DNA of 64,000 nucleotides from Candidatus Parcubacteria bacterium (GTDB lineage Bacteria; Patescibacteriota; Patescibacteriia; 2-12-FULL-60-25). Both the position numbers and the translations under genes were made by a program. The stretch covers positions 78,033-142,032 of the forward strand of contig JBDKJL010000038.1 in assembly GCA_039796615.1 (NCBI GenBank), given 5' to 3'. This document shows, in pieces, positions 48,794-59,472 of the stretch; within the stretch, counting starts at the first letter, position 1, and the number at the start of each line of letters is the position of its first letter. The notes beneath the pieces are model-generated. The model was not told the DNA's origin. It did not search any database and saw nothing but the letters and a program-made list of their open reading frames with translations.

Positions 48794-51190
48794 TTACCGT
48801 GTGATGGGGCTAAAGCCTGGCACGGTGAGGCCGCCGTAGGCGATGCCGCGCATCACGTCCCACTCGTGAGTGGTGCGTGGCGCATGGCCAAAGATGGCGC
48901 GGAAAATGGATCCGGCTTGCACCTCGGCGCGAATACTGCGCACGTCGGGGCGAAGGCCGTAGCTCATAATAAGCACCGTTACGTTGTCCGCATTATCGGC
49001 ACGGTTGGGCGCGCGGTCGTAGATTTCGGCGAACACCGCCTCCACCGTCGCTTCCCGTTCAGGAGAGAGCACCACGGGCACCACGCCCTGGCCAATGCGA
49101 ATGACGTTTTGCCAGTCACATTCGTTTTGTGGCATGTGGCCGTAGAGCAGGTTGAAGCTGGCGACGACACCCGCACGCTCCCCTGCGCCAAGGTGGAGCA
49201 AGGATTGCACGCCGTACACTACGAAGTTGCGCAAAATCTGTTCCTGCGTGAGCAAGATCCCCGTGGGGAGAATTTTCGGGAGCACGGTTTGCGCCAACGT
49301 TTGTTCCAACCCAGTGTTGCGCGTAAAGCCGTAGGCTGCGAGCAGTTCATCCAACGCGCCAGTGATCAACGCAGCGTCGGGATATTGTTCCGAGCAGGTA
49401 AGAATCGTTTCATCCGTATCTTGCACGCCGAGCACCTGCGGAGAGGTGTCGGTGATCCCAAGAACGCTCCCACCGCCAAAGCTGCTCCCTGCCGAAGCCG
49501 GGTTTGTGGCATTACCGCCGCCCGTGTCGCCACCGCCTCCGCCGTTACCGCCATTGCCGGAGCCTTGGTCGTTATTCGTAACGGTACAGGTAACGGTTTC
49601 CCCTTCCGTAATCACGCCCGTGCAGCCCTCGCTAAAGCTCACGCTATACCCATGCAGATTTTCGCTGGGGCCAAGCACGTTAAACGCGTTAAGGAATGCC
49701 TGGAAGGCCGATTCCGATACGGCATAGCTCACACCCGCCGGCAACGTGAGCGATGTGCCGCCCGCATCCCCGCGGAATGTGTGCTGTGTTTCTTCCTCCC
49801 CCACTTCGGTGGTAACCGTGAGCAGGAATTCATTGGCTTGGAATGTGCCCTCGCCATCGTTAATCACATTCTTCACGACAATGAGTGTACCCGTGTCGTC
49901 ATCCTCTTCTTCGGTGTTAGTGACGGTGCAGGTAACATCATCGCCATTTTCCAGATAAATTTCGCCTTCGCTATCAACCTCCACGATCCCCTCCTGCCCC
50001 TCGCCGTAATCATCGACACAGGCGATGGACGTGGTAAAACCGGGTACTTCACCTTCCGTAATGACATATTCGCCAGGAGCAAGATTTTCGAGCGTGACGG
50101 AATCGTTATCACCATTGGAGGTGAGAACGCTTTCCTCGTTCAAGAAGATTTCAGCAGATACTTCTGGCGTTACTTCGCTATCCAGGTACACCCATTCTTT
50201 TTCGATCGTAAGTGTTGCGTGCCCCACATGCGTGTTCGTAACGGTACACACGAGCGTGTTGCCGTTTGCGATGGTTCCGCTGCATCCCTCCGAATACGAA
50301 ACGGTGTAATTTGGAATGGGGTTTTCTACGACAGAGTAGCTGCCGCTTACGAGCGGGCGCACCGTAACGGTGTTATCGAGATCCAAGATCAATGAGAAAG
50401 ACGAATCAAAACCTACACTCGATGTTGCGCCGTTGTGCGTGAGCACAAACGAAACATCGTCGGAGGATAACGCGTCTTTATCCACGGTGTTTACGACACG
50501 TTTGATGATTTCAAGGGTGCCTTCCGGGGCGGGAGGAGGTGGCTCCACCGGGAAGGTGACATTGATAGAGTGAGAATCCAAGAACGTGGAATCTCCCGCA
50601 CAGAAGACAGGATTCCCTGCAGGAGAGATTTCACATTGGCGTACTTCTACAACCAGAGCGCAAGATCCTAGAGTTACGCATGCCGCGCTACCAGCGTAGT
50701 TGTGGCGCGCCATCCAGTCACCATTCACGTCTGGCCACTGTGCTCCGGAAAGACGTGTACCATATTTTTCCACAAAACCACCGGAGGGTAAGTAGGTTAC
50801 GGCATCAGGATTACCAACGATTTGGTAGTCTAAAATCGCGTTAATCACATCTCCATTTTCGTCCCGAATCTGCTTGAGACGGATTGGGGGGATTTTGCTT
50901 TCACTGGATGATCCATCGCCCCAGCTGACGCGAATAAATTTATTCAATCCGGTTCCCTCTCCCCCGACGACGCCCTCTAGGTTCAACGTCCATGTTCCGT
51001 CACTGTTTTCTGTCGGAACAAGTGTATCTGGGTTGGTAATAAAGACGTCATGGTCGTTTGAATAACCATCATGCGCCAGCGCTGCCGTGGGTGAAAATCC
51101 AGAGAAGACGGTGAGAGCTATCATTATAGATGACAGCCACTTTGAGGCTACGTTAAGAGCCTTTTTCTTTAAATAGGATTTTTTAGACAT
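48794..51190 (-). CDS. Secreted multi-domain surface protein with repeated prealbumin/Cna-B-like beta-sandwich domains, a Gly-rich linker and an unassigned C-terminal domain
   Basis: The start is taken at MSKKSYLKKK...signal peptide...TAALA. Repeat units start TLEIIKRVVN, TLTIEKEWVY and TLIVVKNVIN, and each ends in (V/T)CTVTN. The linker is GSGNGGNGGGGGDTGGGN. Confidence 0.7.
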   Translation of the reverse strand: MSKKSYLKKKALNVASKWLSSIMIALTVFSGFSPTAALAHDGYSNDHDVFITNPDTLVPTENSDGTWTLNLEGVVGGEGTGLNKFIRVSWGDGSSSESKIPPIRLKQIRDENGDVINAILDYQIVGNPDAVTYLPSGGFVEKYGTRLSGAQWPDVNGDWMARHNYAGSAACVTLGSCALVVEVRQCEISPAGNPVFCAGDSTFLDSHSINVTFPVEPPPPAPEGTLEIIKRVVNTVDKDALSSDDVSFVLTHNGATSSVGFDSSFSLILDLDNTVTVRPLVSGSYSVVENPIPNYTVSYSEGCSGTIANGNTLVCTVTNTHVGHATLTIEKEWVYLDSEVTPEVSAEIFLNEESVLTSNGDNDSVTLENLAPGEYVITEGEVPGFTTSIACVDDYGEGQEGIVEVDSEGEIYLENGDDVTCTVTNTEEEDDDTGTLIVVKNVINDGEGTFQANEFLLTVTTEVGEEETQHTFRGDAGGTSLTLPAGVSYAVSESAFQAFLNAFNVLGPSENLHGYSVSFSEGCTGVITEGETVTCTVTNNDQGSGNGGNGGGGGDTGGGNATNPASAGSSFGGGSVLGITDTSPQVLGVQDTDETILTCSEQYPDAALITGALDELLAAYGFTRNTGLEQTLAQTVLPKILPTGILLTQEQILRNFVVYGVQSLLHLGAGERAGVVASFNLLYGHMPQNECDWQNVIRIGQGVVPVVLSPEREATVEAVFAEIYDRAPNRADNADNVTVLIMSYGLRPDVRSIRAEVQAGSIFRAIFGHAPRTTHEWDVMRGIAYGGLTVPGFSPITR

Positions 51191-51254
51191 AAAGGTTAGT
51201 TCGTATAGTAAAAGCTTAGGGTATGGATTCGTAGAAGTCAATTATATTCTTCAT

Positions 51255-51300
51255 TTTAAAAAAACTGGCTCCCCGAACTGCCGTAGCAGCCGAGGAGCCT
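51255..51300 (-). terminator. Rho-independent terminator after 51332..52201
   Basis: Hairpin GGCTCC...GGAGCC lies at 51267..51299. The minus-strand transcript continues with AGUUUUUUUUAAAA. Confidence 0.65.
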
Positions 51301-51331
51301 CGTTGGCACGCGTTTAGCGTGCGAGTCTTAC

Positions 51332-52201
51332 TTACTCGACGGACACCACCGGTGCTGGGATGCACAGGTAGTCGGCCTCGTCGATGGTATCGCCCTGCAA
51401 GCCAATCGCCGTGCAGACCTCTCCGTCTCCGCAGTCGATGTCGCAGCTGTCGTCCTCTTCACAATCCTCTGCACGGACGCAGGTGTTAAGGCAAGTCTCG
51501 CCTAGGCCGATTTCGGGGATCATACGGCAGAGCTGATCTTCCGTACACACGGGCGCTCCGTCGTCGCCACATGTCTCACCAAACTGCACGCTCGCGGTAA
51601 GTGTTGCAGAACCTCCCAAGAAGCCGGCATCGCCGACGTTTTGGAGACATTGCTCCTCGAGCGCGTCGATGACTGCGGGGGCGACGGGCGGAGTGATGGC
51701 TCCGACGGCCGCGATGAGTCCAGGGCAGTCGTTCGTGTTGAAGCCCGCGCGAACCATCAGCGTCACCGACTCGTCGCCACCAAAGGTTACCGTGAACCAC
51801 TCCGGATCAGTTCCGAGGTACTCGAACCCCGTGAAGTCGTCCATGAATGGAAGGAGCGATGGCGGAAGGCTGAACCAAGTACAGGTAAAGCCGTCACCCG
51901 GCTGCAGGTAGTAGTCCTCGGGTGCCAGGTCGACGTCGATCGAGGCCACAGGAGCGCTGATCAGCGTTGAGCTGTAGAATTCGCCGCCCGACTGGGTGGT
52001 ACACTCCGAGCCCACGCACTGGTAGAAGTCCACTTCCCCCGTACAGGTGTAGCCGATACCGAGCGCATCGGTTCCGGTGAGGCGCATCTCCGTTTTTGCG
52101 AATTCAGTAGTGGCTTCTTCACGCGGCGGTTCGCCACAAGCGGCGATGTTGAGCCCAATGAAGGCTGCGGTAAAAAGGAACAAACTCTTCAAACTGTTCA
52201 T
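51332..52201 (-). CDS. Cys-rich lipoprotein, paralogue of 53291..54097
   Basis: This 289-aa ORF has the lipobox LNIAAC-G. It shares the block GTDPEWFTVTFGGDESVTL with GTDPPVWDVLFGGDTPVSL in the paralogue and has an acidic, Cys-rich C-terminus. Confidence 0.6.
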   Translation of the reverse strand: MNSLKSLFLFTAAFIGLNIAACGEPPREEATTEFAKTEMRLTGTDALGIGYTCTGEVDFYQCVGSECTTQSGGEFYSSTLISAPVASIDVDLAPEDYYLQPGDGFTCTWFSLPPSLLPFMDDFTGFEYLGTDPEWFTVTFGGDESVTLMVRAGFNTNDCPGLIAAVGAITPPVAPAVIDALEEQCLQNVGDAGFLGGSATLTASVQFGETCGDDGAPVCTEDQLCRMIPEIGLGETCLNTCVRAEDCEEDDSCDIDCGDGEVCTAIGLQGDTIDEADYLCIPAPVVSVE

Positions 52202-52379
52202 TATCTTAACTCCAGAAACAGGTTTTTACATTGCTCAAGTGTTGCAAAAGGATTTTTGCTATTCCTTGAACGACGCGCCGGAAGAGTATACGAGATATGA
52301 AAATCCGTCAAGTCTATTCGATAAAATTTAGGGCAATAAAAGTAATGTATATTTTGCTTTTTTAATTATAAAACCTAAA

Positions 52380-52424
52380 CAAAGGCAATTTTAACCCCGG
52401 ATGCCGTAGTGGCAGAGCCGGGGT
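52380..52424 (-). terminator. Hairpin or weak terminator after the 29-codon ORF
   Basis: AACCCCGG (52392..52399) pairs with CCGGGGTT (52417..52424). The loop shares TGCCGTAG with the terminator at 51267..51299. Confidence 0.45.
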
Positions 52425-52443
52425 TGTAGGTAGTAGAGGTTGA

Positions 52444-52533
52444 TTATCCTTCGATTTTTCCGATGATGAAACCTCCAATGGCAAAGAGGGCTAGAACAGC
52501 GAGTCCGGCCATGAGGGCGTTCAGTGGTTCCAT
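52444..52533 (-). CDS. Candidate 29-aa hydrophobic micropeptide
   Basis: It is not in the ORF track because it is under 60 aa. My translation is MEPLNALMAGLAVLALFAIGGFIIGKIEG*. GGAGAG lies 7 nt upstream of the ATG and a hairpin follows the ORF. Confidence 0.3.
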   Translation of the reverse strand: MEPLNALMAGLAVLALFAIGGFIIGKIEG

Positions 52534-52546
52534 GTTTTTCTCTCCT

Positions 52547-53134
52547 TTAGTGAACCGCCGTGGGCGCACTTAAAAAATGGTCGACATTCTCTGGTCCGAA
52601 TTTCATGAGACCCAATAGCTGGATGATCCGTGGATTCCGTGTTAACCGAGCTGACAGATCAAACGTCATGTAGACGTCCGTCGTTTCGCCTTCCGTTACG
52701 ATGATCGGGGCTTGGGACGTGGCGGGATTATCGGCTTCCTTGCATCCATGAGAGTCGATATAGACACATAAGAGCTCTATGCCCGCCTCGCGCAGCTCCA
52801 CGTCATCTCCTGCGTTAAGGGTACAACGCGATTTTTCCCCTTCAAAAATGGCATATTTGCCTATGGGGACGTCTCGAATCTCGAATATCGGGGAGTCTGG
52901 GGTTATTTGGACGGTCGCGATGATGATCCCCTGCGGATCAACGACGAGGAATTTTCCCATGAGCTCGATACTCGGCACTCGATCCCCTATGCGGATCGTT
53001 CCGGTGGGTTTCCCCGTAGAGAAAATGGTTAGTAACAACACACTGCCGAGGAAGAACCCGGCGCCTGCCAAAAATGTTGTGGTTTGTTTCACGTCGCATC
53101 CTCGTTTTTGATTCAGGTTGAATTTTGAAGGCAC
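52547..53134 (-). CDS. Hypothetical membrane-anchored protein
   Basis: This 195-aa ORF has one N-terminal TM helix (FLAGAGFFLGSVLLLTIF). The start is uncertain. Confidence 0.5.
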   Translation of the reverse strand: MPSKFNLNQKRGCDVKQTTTFLAGAGFFLGSVLLLTIFSTGKPTGTIRIGDRVPSIELMGKFLVVDPQGIIIATVQITPDSPIFEIRDVPIGKYAIFEGEKSRCTLNAGDDVELREAGIELLCVYIDSHGCKEADNPATSQAPIIVTEGETTDVYMTFDLSARLTRNPRIIQLLGLMKFGPENVDHFLSAPTAVH

Positions 53135-53200
53135 GAGCCTCCGAAAAAGCGTGCGAATAGAGTATATGAAAAAACGCTATATGTCAAGCTAATTATGCTT

Positions 53201-53240
53201 AAAAAGCAAAACCCCCCTACGTCGCTTTGTAGAGGGGGAG
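53201..53240 (-). terminator. Rho-independent terminator after 53291..54097
   Basis: The minus-strand transcript reads CCCCUCUAC-AAAGCGAC-GUAGGGGGGUUUUGCUUUUU. Confidence 0.65.
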
Positions 53241-53290
53241 GTCCGGGGTCTGGAGAGCAGATCCCTTTCCGTCGTTGCCTATCTCTTGGG

Positions 53291-54097
53291 TTACGTGGGC
53301 GAGATAGGAGGCCCGATGCACACCAGCTCGAACGGGTTTAGCTGGTTGAGATGGCCAACTGGGGTACAGAGCGACCCATTGGCAGCGCCGGAGCAGCCCA
53401 TGCGATCCACCATGGTGGTGGGGTGCAGGCCGCAAGTCTCGAAACAGTCCGCGGGATCGACGACGCCGTTGCTGTGGTGCAACTGCAGGCAGACCTCGGT
53501 CTCTCCGTTGCAGATTTTGCCGTTGCAATCCTCTTCTGTCTCGATGAGCTCCACGGAAAGGCCGAAGCTGGCCCCTCCAGTGAGGTAGGACTGCTCGGCA
53601 TCGCTGGTACCGCCATCCTGGTTTACGTCCCCGGCGATCCGGAGACTGACTGGCGTGTCGCCGCCGAACAGGACGTCCCAGACGGGCGGATCGGTGCCGA
53701 GGAAACGACAATCGACCAAGTTGACTCCGCTGTCGCTGTGGGTGCAGGTGAAAGGCACGGTGGTATCCAATTCTACGGTGTAGCCGCTACCGGGCATGAG
53801 GCCAGTCTCGAGATGAATAGTCACGTTCTCCGCAAGCGTCGTCGCGAACGTACGTACTGGATTGCCCCCGTGCATGATCTTGAACCCGCCGGCGACACGA
53901 AAGAAATCGTCACCGATTGGTGCCATGAGGGCAATCGCAAGTTTGCCTGTGTCGGCGTCGTATGTAGAGGCCTTCTCGCTATCCACGACAGCCAGGGGTG
54001 TGACCCCGGGGGTTTCGTCGCTGCAAGCGAAACTGCCGATCGGGACACCGAACACAAAACTGATAAATAGTATGAGCGAAAGGAGCTTTTGCTTCAT
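53291..54097 (-). CDS. Cys-rich lipoprotein, paralogue of 51332..52201
   Basis: The start is trimmed to MKQKLLSLILFISFVFGVPIGSFAC-S (lipobox). It shares the blocks described for 51332..52201. Confidence 0.6.
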   Translation of the reverse strand: MKQKLLSLILFISFVFGVPIGSFACSDETPGVTPLAVVDSEKASTYDADTGKLAIALMAPIGDDFFRVAGGFKIMHGGNPVRTFATTLAENVTIHLETGLMPGSGYTVELDTTVPFTCTHSDSGVNLVDCRFLGTDPPVWDVLFGGDTPVSLRIAGDVNQDGGTSDAEQSYLTGGASFGLSVELIETEEDCNGKICNGETEVCLQLHHSNGVVDPADCFETCGLHPTTMVDRMGCSGAANGSLCTPVGHLNQLNPFELVCIGPPISPT

Positions 54098-54324
54098 TTT
54101 GGCCAAACCTTTTCTTTTTTCATCTGCCTTTGCTACGAGCGAGGACCATCCCCACTTGCGGCGGCTGGAGCTGTTTTTAGGCAGGCATCCGGCAGGCAAT
54201 GTGGAGAGACCTTAGACGATATTATTGATTTCGTCAAGCATATTCATCTTTTTATGGAAAGTAAGATTGATAATAAAAACAAAAAATAGCCCTGTAGAGC
54301 TATTTTTTATATATCAAATACTAT

Positions 54325-55728
54325 TTACACAAATAACAGAAGCAGGGTAAGCGCCAATACCCCGGTGGCATGAGCCACCACGCTTGGGTGGCGCAGGTGG
54401 AATCGCAACGAAAGCCCGGCCAAAAGGATGGCTCCCAGGAATACGGACATGTAGGCGTAGAACCGTTTGGCTTTATCGTCGAAATTGCCCAAGTCCACCA
54501 CGCCAAATACCTTGGGAGAAACCCGCGTTTCTTGGTTAAACAGGTAGAGATCTTGCGGCTCTGGGGCGGGGGTGAGGGTGGCGAGCACGGTGCTGGCGGC
54601 CTGGCCATGTTCCCCAACGGCAAGGGCGGTAAGGGCTCCGCCTTGCTGCAATGCTTGGGGGTGGTTAATGACGCCATACCACACGCCGGTGCCGGCAGGG
54701 TCTGCCTCTAACCCTGCGCTCGTGCCTCCGAGTGCCACAGATACGTGTGTGGCATTTTTGGCGGCCACGCTAATACGATAGCCCGTGGCGGTAGGCGCGA
54801 TGGAGGCGGAGTCAGCATCGATGGTTGGAGCGATGGCGATGGGCGCCGGTGGTGCAATCGTCTCCGTGTTTGGTGCCGAGATGATTTCTTTTTCCGGAGG
54901 CGCGATGGTTACCACGGGCGCAGGAGCTACCACGGCAGGGGTGGTGACAGCTTCAACCACGGGCGCGGGGGTGGGGTTAGGCGTTGGTGTTGGCGAAACC
55001 GGTGCAGGCGTTGGCGTTTCGATAATAGGCGCAGGGGGCTCTATCGTAGGCGTTTCTACAACCGGAGCTGGGGCTGGTGGCGCCGCGGGGGTTGGGGCGA
55101 TCCCCTCTTTTGGCGTGCCAAACATTTGAACCACAAACACGGTAGGAACGCCGTCGAATTGGCCGGAGGACACGCCCACGCCGATTTCTTGGTAGCGGTT
55201 ATCTAAAATGTTTGCACGGTGGGTGGGGCTGGCCATCCATCCGGCTTGCACGTCTTCGGCCTGCTGAAAATGCACGGCAAGATTTTCGCCCGCATGGCGA
55301 TAGTCGTAGCCCGTGCCACGGATAAAGTTCCAGGGCATGCGGCCATCTGGGCTTTGGTGGGCAAAGTATTGGCCGGCCAACATGTCGTTGGCTTTAGCCT
55401 GCGCCGCCTGTTCGAGCAGGCCGTTTACCGCGAGTAACGGCAATCCAGCGGCGGCACGCGCCGTGTTGGTGAGCGAAAAAATGTTGGCGTTTGTGATGGC
55501 GCTGGAATACAGCGACGCGGCCGGCAACGCAATCGGAATCACAATCGCGAGCGCTTTTACTAAAATAAGAATGACGCTGTATCCCAAAAGAACCCGGTGC
55601 TTTAGCACGTGCGGGCAGTAATCATTATCCGCCGACGGCACGCAATGATCCTTTGCCGAACGGCATACCTTGCCCACGTAGTGAACCACGTGGTTTCCGA
55701 TCGTTGCGGTTGGATAAGAGGTATTCAT
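54325..55728 (-). CDS. CAP (SCP/PR-1-like) domain protein with a Pro/Thr/Ala-rich linker and a C-terminal membrane anchor
   Basis: This 467-aa ORF has the CAP core NDMLAGQYFAHQSPDG...YRHAGENLA...WMASPTHRANILDNRYQEIGVGV. A PAPxxTP-type linker and two C-terminal TM helices follow. Confidence 0.8.
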   Translation of the reverse strand: MNTSYPTATIGNHVVHYVGKVCRSAKDHCVPSADNDYCPHVLKHRVLLGYSVILILVKALAIVIPIALPAASLYSSAITNANIFSLTNTARAAAGLPLLAVNGLLEQAAQAKANDMLAGQYFAHQSPDGRMPWNFIRGTGYDYRHAGENLAVHFQQAEDVQAGWMASPTHRANILDNRYQEIGVGVSSGQFDGVPTVFVVQMFGTPKEGIAPTPAAPPAPAPVVETPTIEPPAPIIETPTPAPVSPTPTPNPTPAPVVEAVTTPAVVAPAPVVTIAPPEKEIISAPNTETIAPPAPIAIAPTIDADSASIAPTATGYRISVAAKNATHVSVALGGTSAGLEADPAGTGVWYGVINHPQALQQGGALTALAVGEHGQAASTVLATLTPAPEPQDLYLFNQETRVSPKVFGVVDLGNFDDKAKRFYAYMSVFLGAILLAGLSLRFHLRHPSVVAHATGVLALTLLLLFV

Positions 55729-55739
55729 GGAAACAGCCC

Positions 55740-55768
55740 AGGATAGCCTAAAATGGTGAATTTGTCAA
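55740..55768 (-). promoter_or_regulatory. Sigma-70-type promoter candidate (TTGACA-17-TATCCT)
   Basis: The minus strand reads TTGACAAATTCACCATTTTAGGCTATCCT. The -10 box ends only 11 nt before ATG 55728. Confidence 0.4.
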
Positions 55769-55934
55769 CAGAACCAGTCTATCATGAAGGGAGGGAGGAG
55801 GGCGAATAGTCCTAAATACGAAACACCCCACCGCGTATGCGAGGGGTGTTAAGGATAGGAAAGAGGTTCGGGGCGTTACGTTTTTCTACGCCCAAAGGAT
55901 CATCAAATGGTGGAGGCGGTGAGAGGCATCCGGA

Positions 55935-56699
55935 TCATTGGGCGGCTCCTTGAATTCTCGCTGCCGGCTCGGGGTTCCTCCGCACCGGGCGGATGTGTTC
56001 ATCGAGGGCGATGAAATGTTTTGAGCTGTTTATTCGCCACGTGATTATTTGCATGGCGAAGTTGAAGCAGAGGCAGCTAAGGAATACGGCGGCGGCAACC
56101 TGATTCGCCGCATCCTGCATTGCCGTTGGTAGATTCGCAGCGAAATCAGGTTGAGGAATGCCCGAAGAAAAATCAAGCGGATCTTTACGCACCGCTGTCA
56201 ATAAAAATGGGATCCCGATGCTTGCGACCATCAGCATGATAACCGTCTTTATCAGAGCGAGGAGGGGAATGACGAACAAGGATGGCGGTTTACGGGGCGA
56301 CTCACAAACCTCGTAGTGGAGAAAATTACAGGTAAGCGCGAGCAGAACCGCCATTGTTCCGATGGTACCGCACCAGCCGCCAACTCTGATGACAGCTACG
56401 GATTGAGCGCCTGCCCCAACGCAGAATAAGATGAGGCCGAGAATGAATGCACGGAGTCCAAGCCATTCTCCGTGATATTCAATTTGCTTGAGTGCAGGCC
56501 AGGTATGGTTGAGCTCCGTATACTTTTCGAGCCACCACCTCCATTTGACAAAGATGCGTTGATAACACACCTCGCATCGATATTCGTACGTTTTGAGTTT
56601 TTGGCCCCAAGACTTCATCTGGACATGATCACCTGTGCAATGACAGTAAACTCTTGGTGGGGTATTTTTGTTATCTGTTACGATGAAACCATAAAGCAT
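55935..56699 (-). CDS. Hypothetical membrane protein with an N-terminal Cys4 (zinc-ribbon-like) segment
   Basis: This 254-aa ORF has CHCTGDH...CEVC followed by about 5 TM helices. Confidence 0.45.
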   Translation of the reverse strand: MLYGFIVTDNKNTPPRVYCHCTGDHVQMKSWGQKLKTYEYRCEVCYQRIFVKWRWWLEKYTELNHTWPALKQIEYHGEWLGLRAFILGLILFCVGAGAQSVAVIRVGGWCGTIGTMAVLLALTCNFLHYEVCESPRKPPSLFVIPLLALIKTVIMLMVASIGIPFLLTAVRKDPLDFSSGIPQPDFAANLPTAMQDAANQVAAAVFLSCLCFNFAMQIITWRINSSKHFIALDEHIRPVRRNPEPAARIQGAAQ

Positions 56700-56777
56700 G
56701 ACATGGCCTTTCGTTTTGGTTGAGATCTTTTTTTATTTTTTCCGTCAAGCAGATTAGATCTTGTTTACATGAGTTTG

Positions 56778-57503
56778 TCAAGAATGAGCGTCTTTTCTAA
56801 GGAAGGTCATTAAAGGAAATACAACCACTGCATGCCAAATTCGTTTCCAGCGGGTCGGCTCATGAAAAAGGCGAAATAACCACTCGAGGCCGAGGGATTG
56901 CATCCATCGAGGGGCGCGCGGAAGGTTGCCGGCCCAGTAATCGATGGCACCGCCGATGCCGATGATGGTTTTAACAGACGGGAGATTCGGGAGGTTGTTA
57001 GCGATCCAACGCTCTTGTTTTGGGTGGCCAAAGGCGACAAGGATTACGTCGGGCGCCTCGAGGATCAGCCGATGCATGGCTTCGTCGTTTGCGGTATCTC
57101 CAACACCGTCGTTGGTAATATTTCCACCATGGAGCGCGATACCGTGCAGATTCGGATGGCGTTGCGTGAGCGCGGTGAGGGCATGCTCCGCTGTCCCTTC
57201 TCCCCCTCCGATAAGAGCGATCTTTTCTTCTTGTGCTGCTGCGTCGCGGATGATCGCTTCTGCGAGATCCACACCGGTAACACGATGAAGCGTGTGTCCA
57301 AAGAGTCGAGCGATCAGTACAAGACCAATGCCGTCGGCCACACGCAGATCAGCTTTTTGTAGTGCCGCGGCGTACGCGGGATCACGTTTTGCAGCAAGCA
57401 AAATTTCTGGATTGGCCGTGACAATCCAGCGAGGGTGCTGTGCGAGCACGTCATCGAGAGAGACCCCCTCGATAGAGATACCAAAGCAAGAAAAAGGAGA
57501 CAT
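56778..57503 (-). CDS. WecB/TagA/CpsF family glycosyltransferase
   Basis: This 241-aa ORF has IVTANPEILL, ADLRVADGIGLV, FGHPKQERW and IGIGGAIDYWAG...LGLEWLFRL. It lies 24 nt downstream of atpC. Confidence 0.85.
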   Translation of the reverse strand: MSPFSCFGISIEGVSLDDVLAQHPRWIVTANPEILLAAKRDPAYAAALQKADLRVADGIGLVLIARLFGHTLHRVTGVDLAEAIIRDAAAQEEKIALIGGGEGTAEHALTALTQRHPNLHGIALHGGNITNDGVGDTANDEAMHRLILEAPDVILVAFGHPKQERWIANNLPNLPSVKTIIGIGGAIDYWAGNLPRAPRWMQSLGLEWLFRLFHEPTRWKRIWHAVVVFPLMTFLRKDAHS

Positions 57504-57527
57504 GCGGGGATTGCGATGGCGCGCCGT

Positions 57528-57947
57528 TTACGCTCCGTGCCGGCTCATGCGGCGGAGGGCGGCGCGTTCGCGGGCGAGTTCGCGTTCGAGGGCAGCGGCG
57601 GCGTGGGCAAAGGCGACGTCGTCTACGTCGCGCGTTTCTTCCATGGCGCGTTTGGCGCGTTCTTTGGCTTCTTTGATGGCGTCGATGGTGAGATGCTCTC
57701 CCCGTTCCGCCATGTCTGCCAGGATGGTGACTTCGTTGCTGCCCACTTGGATAAATCCGCCAGAAATCGCCAGGTCGTCGATCGTTTTATCTGTTTTTGT
57801 CACCGTCGCCACCCCACTTTTCAACATCATCACGAGCGGCGCATGGTTGGGAAGGATCGTAATCTCCCCTTCCGTGGTGGGCAACGACACCGAAAGAACC
57901 TCTTCTTCAAAGAGGATTTTTTCCGGCGTAACAAGTTTCAGTTTCAT
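57528..57947 (-). CDS. atpC: F1 ATP synthase subunit epsilon
   Basis: The start is trimmed to MKLKLVTPEKILFEEEVLSVSLPTTEGEITILPNHAPLV. The upstream extension in the ORF track only reads through the intergenic repeat. Confidence 0.9.
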   Translation of the reverse strand: MKLKLVTPEKILFEEEVLSVSLPTTEGEITILPNHAPLVMMLKSGVATVTKTDKTIDDLAISGGFIQVGSNEVTILADMAERGEHLTIDAIKEAKERAKRAMEETRDVDDVAFAHAAAALERELARERAALRRMSRHGA

Positions 57948-57965
57948 ATTGCGTTTTGTATGCTT

Positions 57966-58092
57966 CGCGATCGTTGCGGCGGGGTCTCGGGGGCGATCGG
58001 CGGGGTAGCCTTTTTTCGGATCTCGGCTAGCGCCTTCGACCGAAAAAAGGTACCACCGCAACGATCGCGAGACATAACGGGGAGTTACATCT
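57966..58092. repeat. atp-operon palindromic element, copy 1 (atpD-atpC spacer)
   Basis: Core 57989..58068 is GGGGGCGATCGGCGGGGTAGCCTTTTTTCGGATCTCGGCTAGCGCCTTCGACCGAAAAAAGGTACCACCGCAACGATCGC. The tail is TAACGGGGAGTTACATCT. An extra outer inverted repeat lies at 57966..57983 and 58054..58071. Confidence 0.85.

Positions 58093-59472
<1,380 letters not shown>

Noticed and set aside
48656-50395. A 579-aa plus-strand ORF lies in this interval.
   Set aside because: It is antisense to the 798-aa surface protein gene. The sequence is Ala/Arg/Gly/His-rich with no motifs, whereas the minus-strand frame has a signal peptide and repeated domain structure.
57948-58061. The ORF track shows N-terminal extensions of atpC (to 58061) and atpF (62539..63366), and the ORF 60015..60632. 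They share peptide strings such as SREPRKGHPADRPR and GYPADRPRDP.
   Set aside because: The shared peptides are just translations of the repeated intergenic palindromic element. The canonical subunit N-termini (MKLKLVTPEK.., MTESLEP..) start downstream of the repeats.
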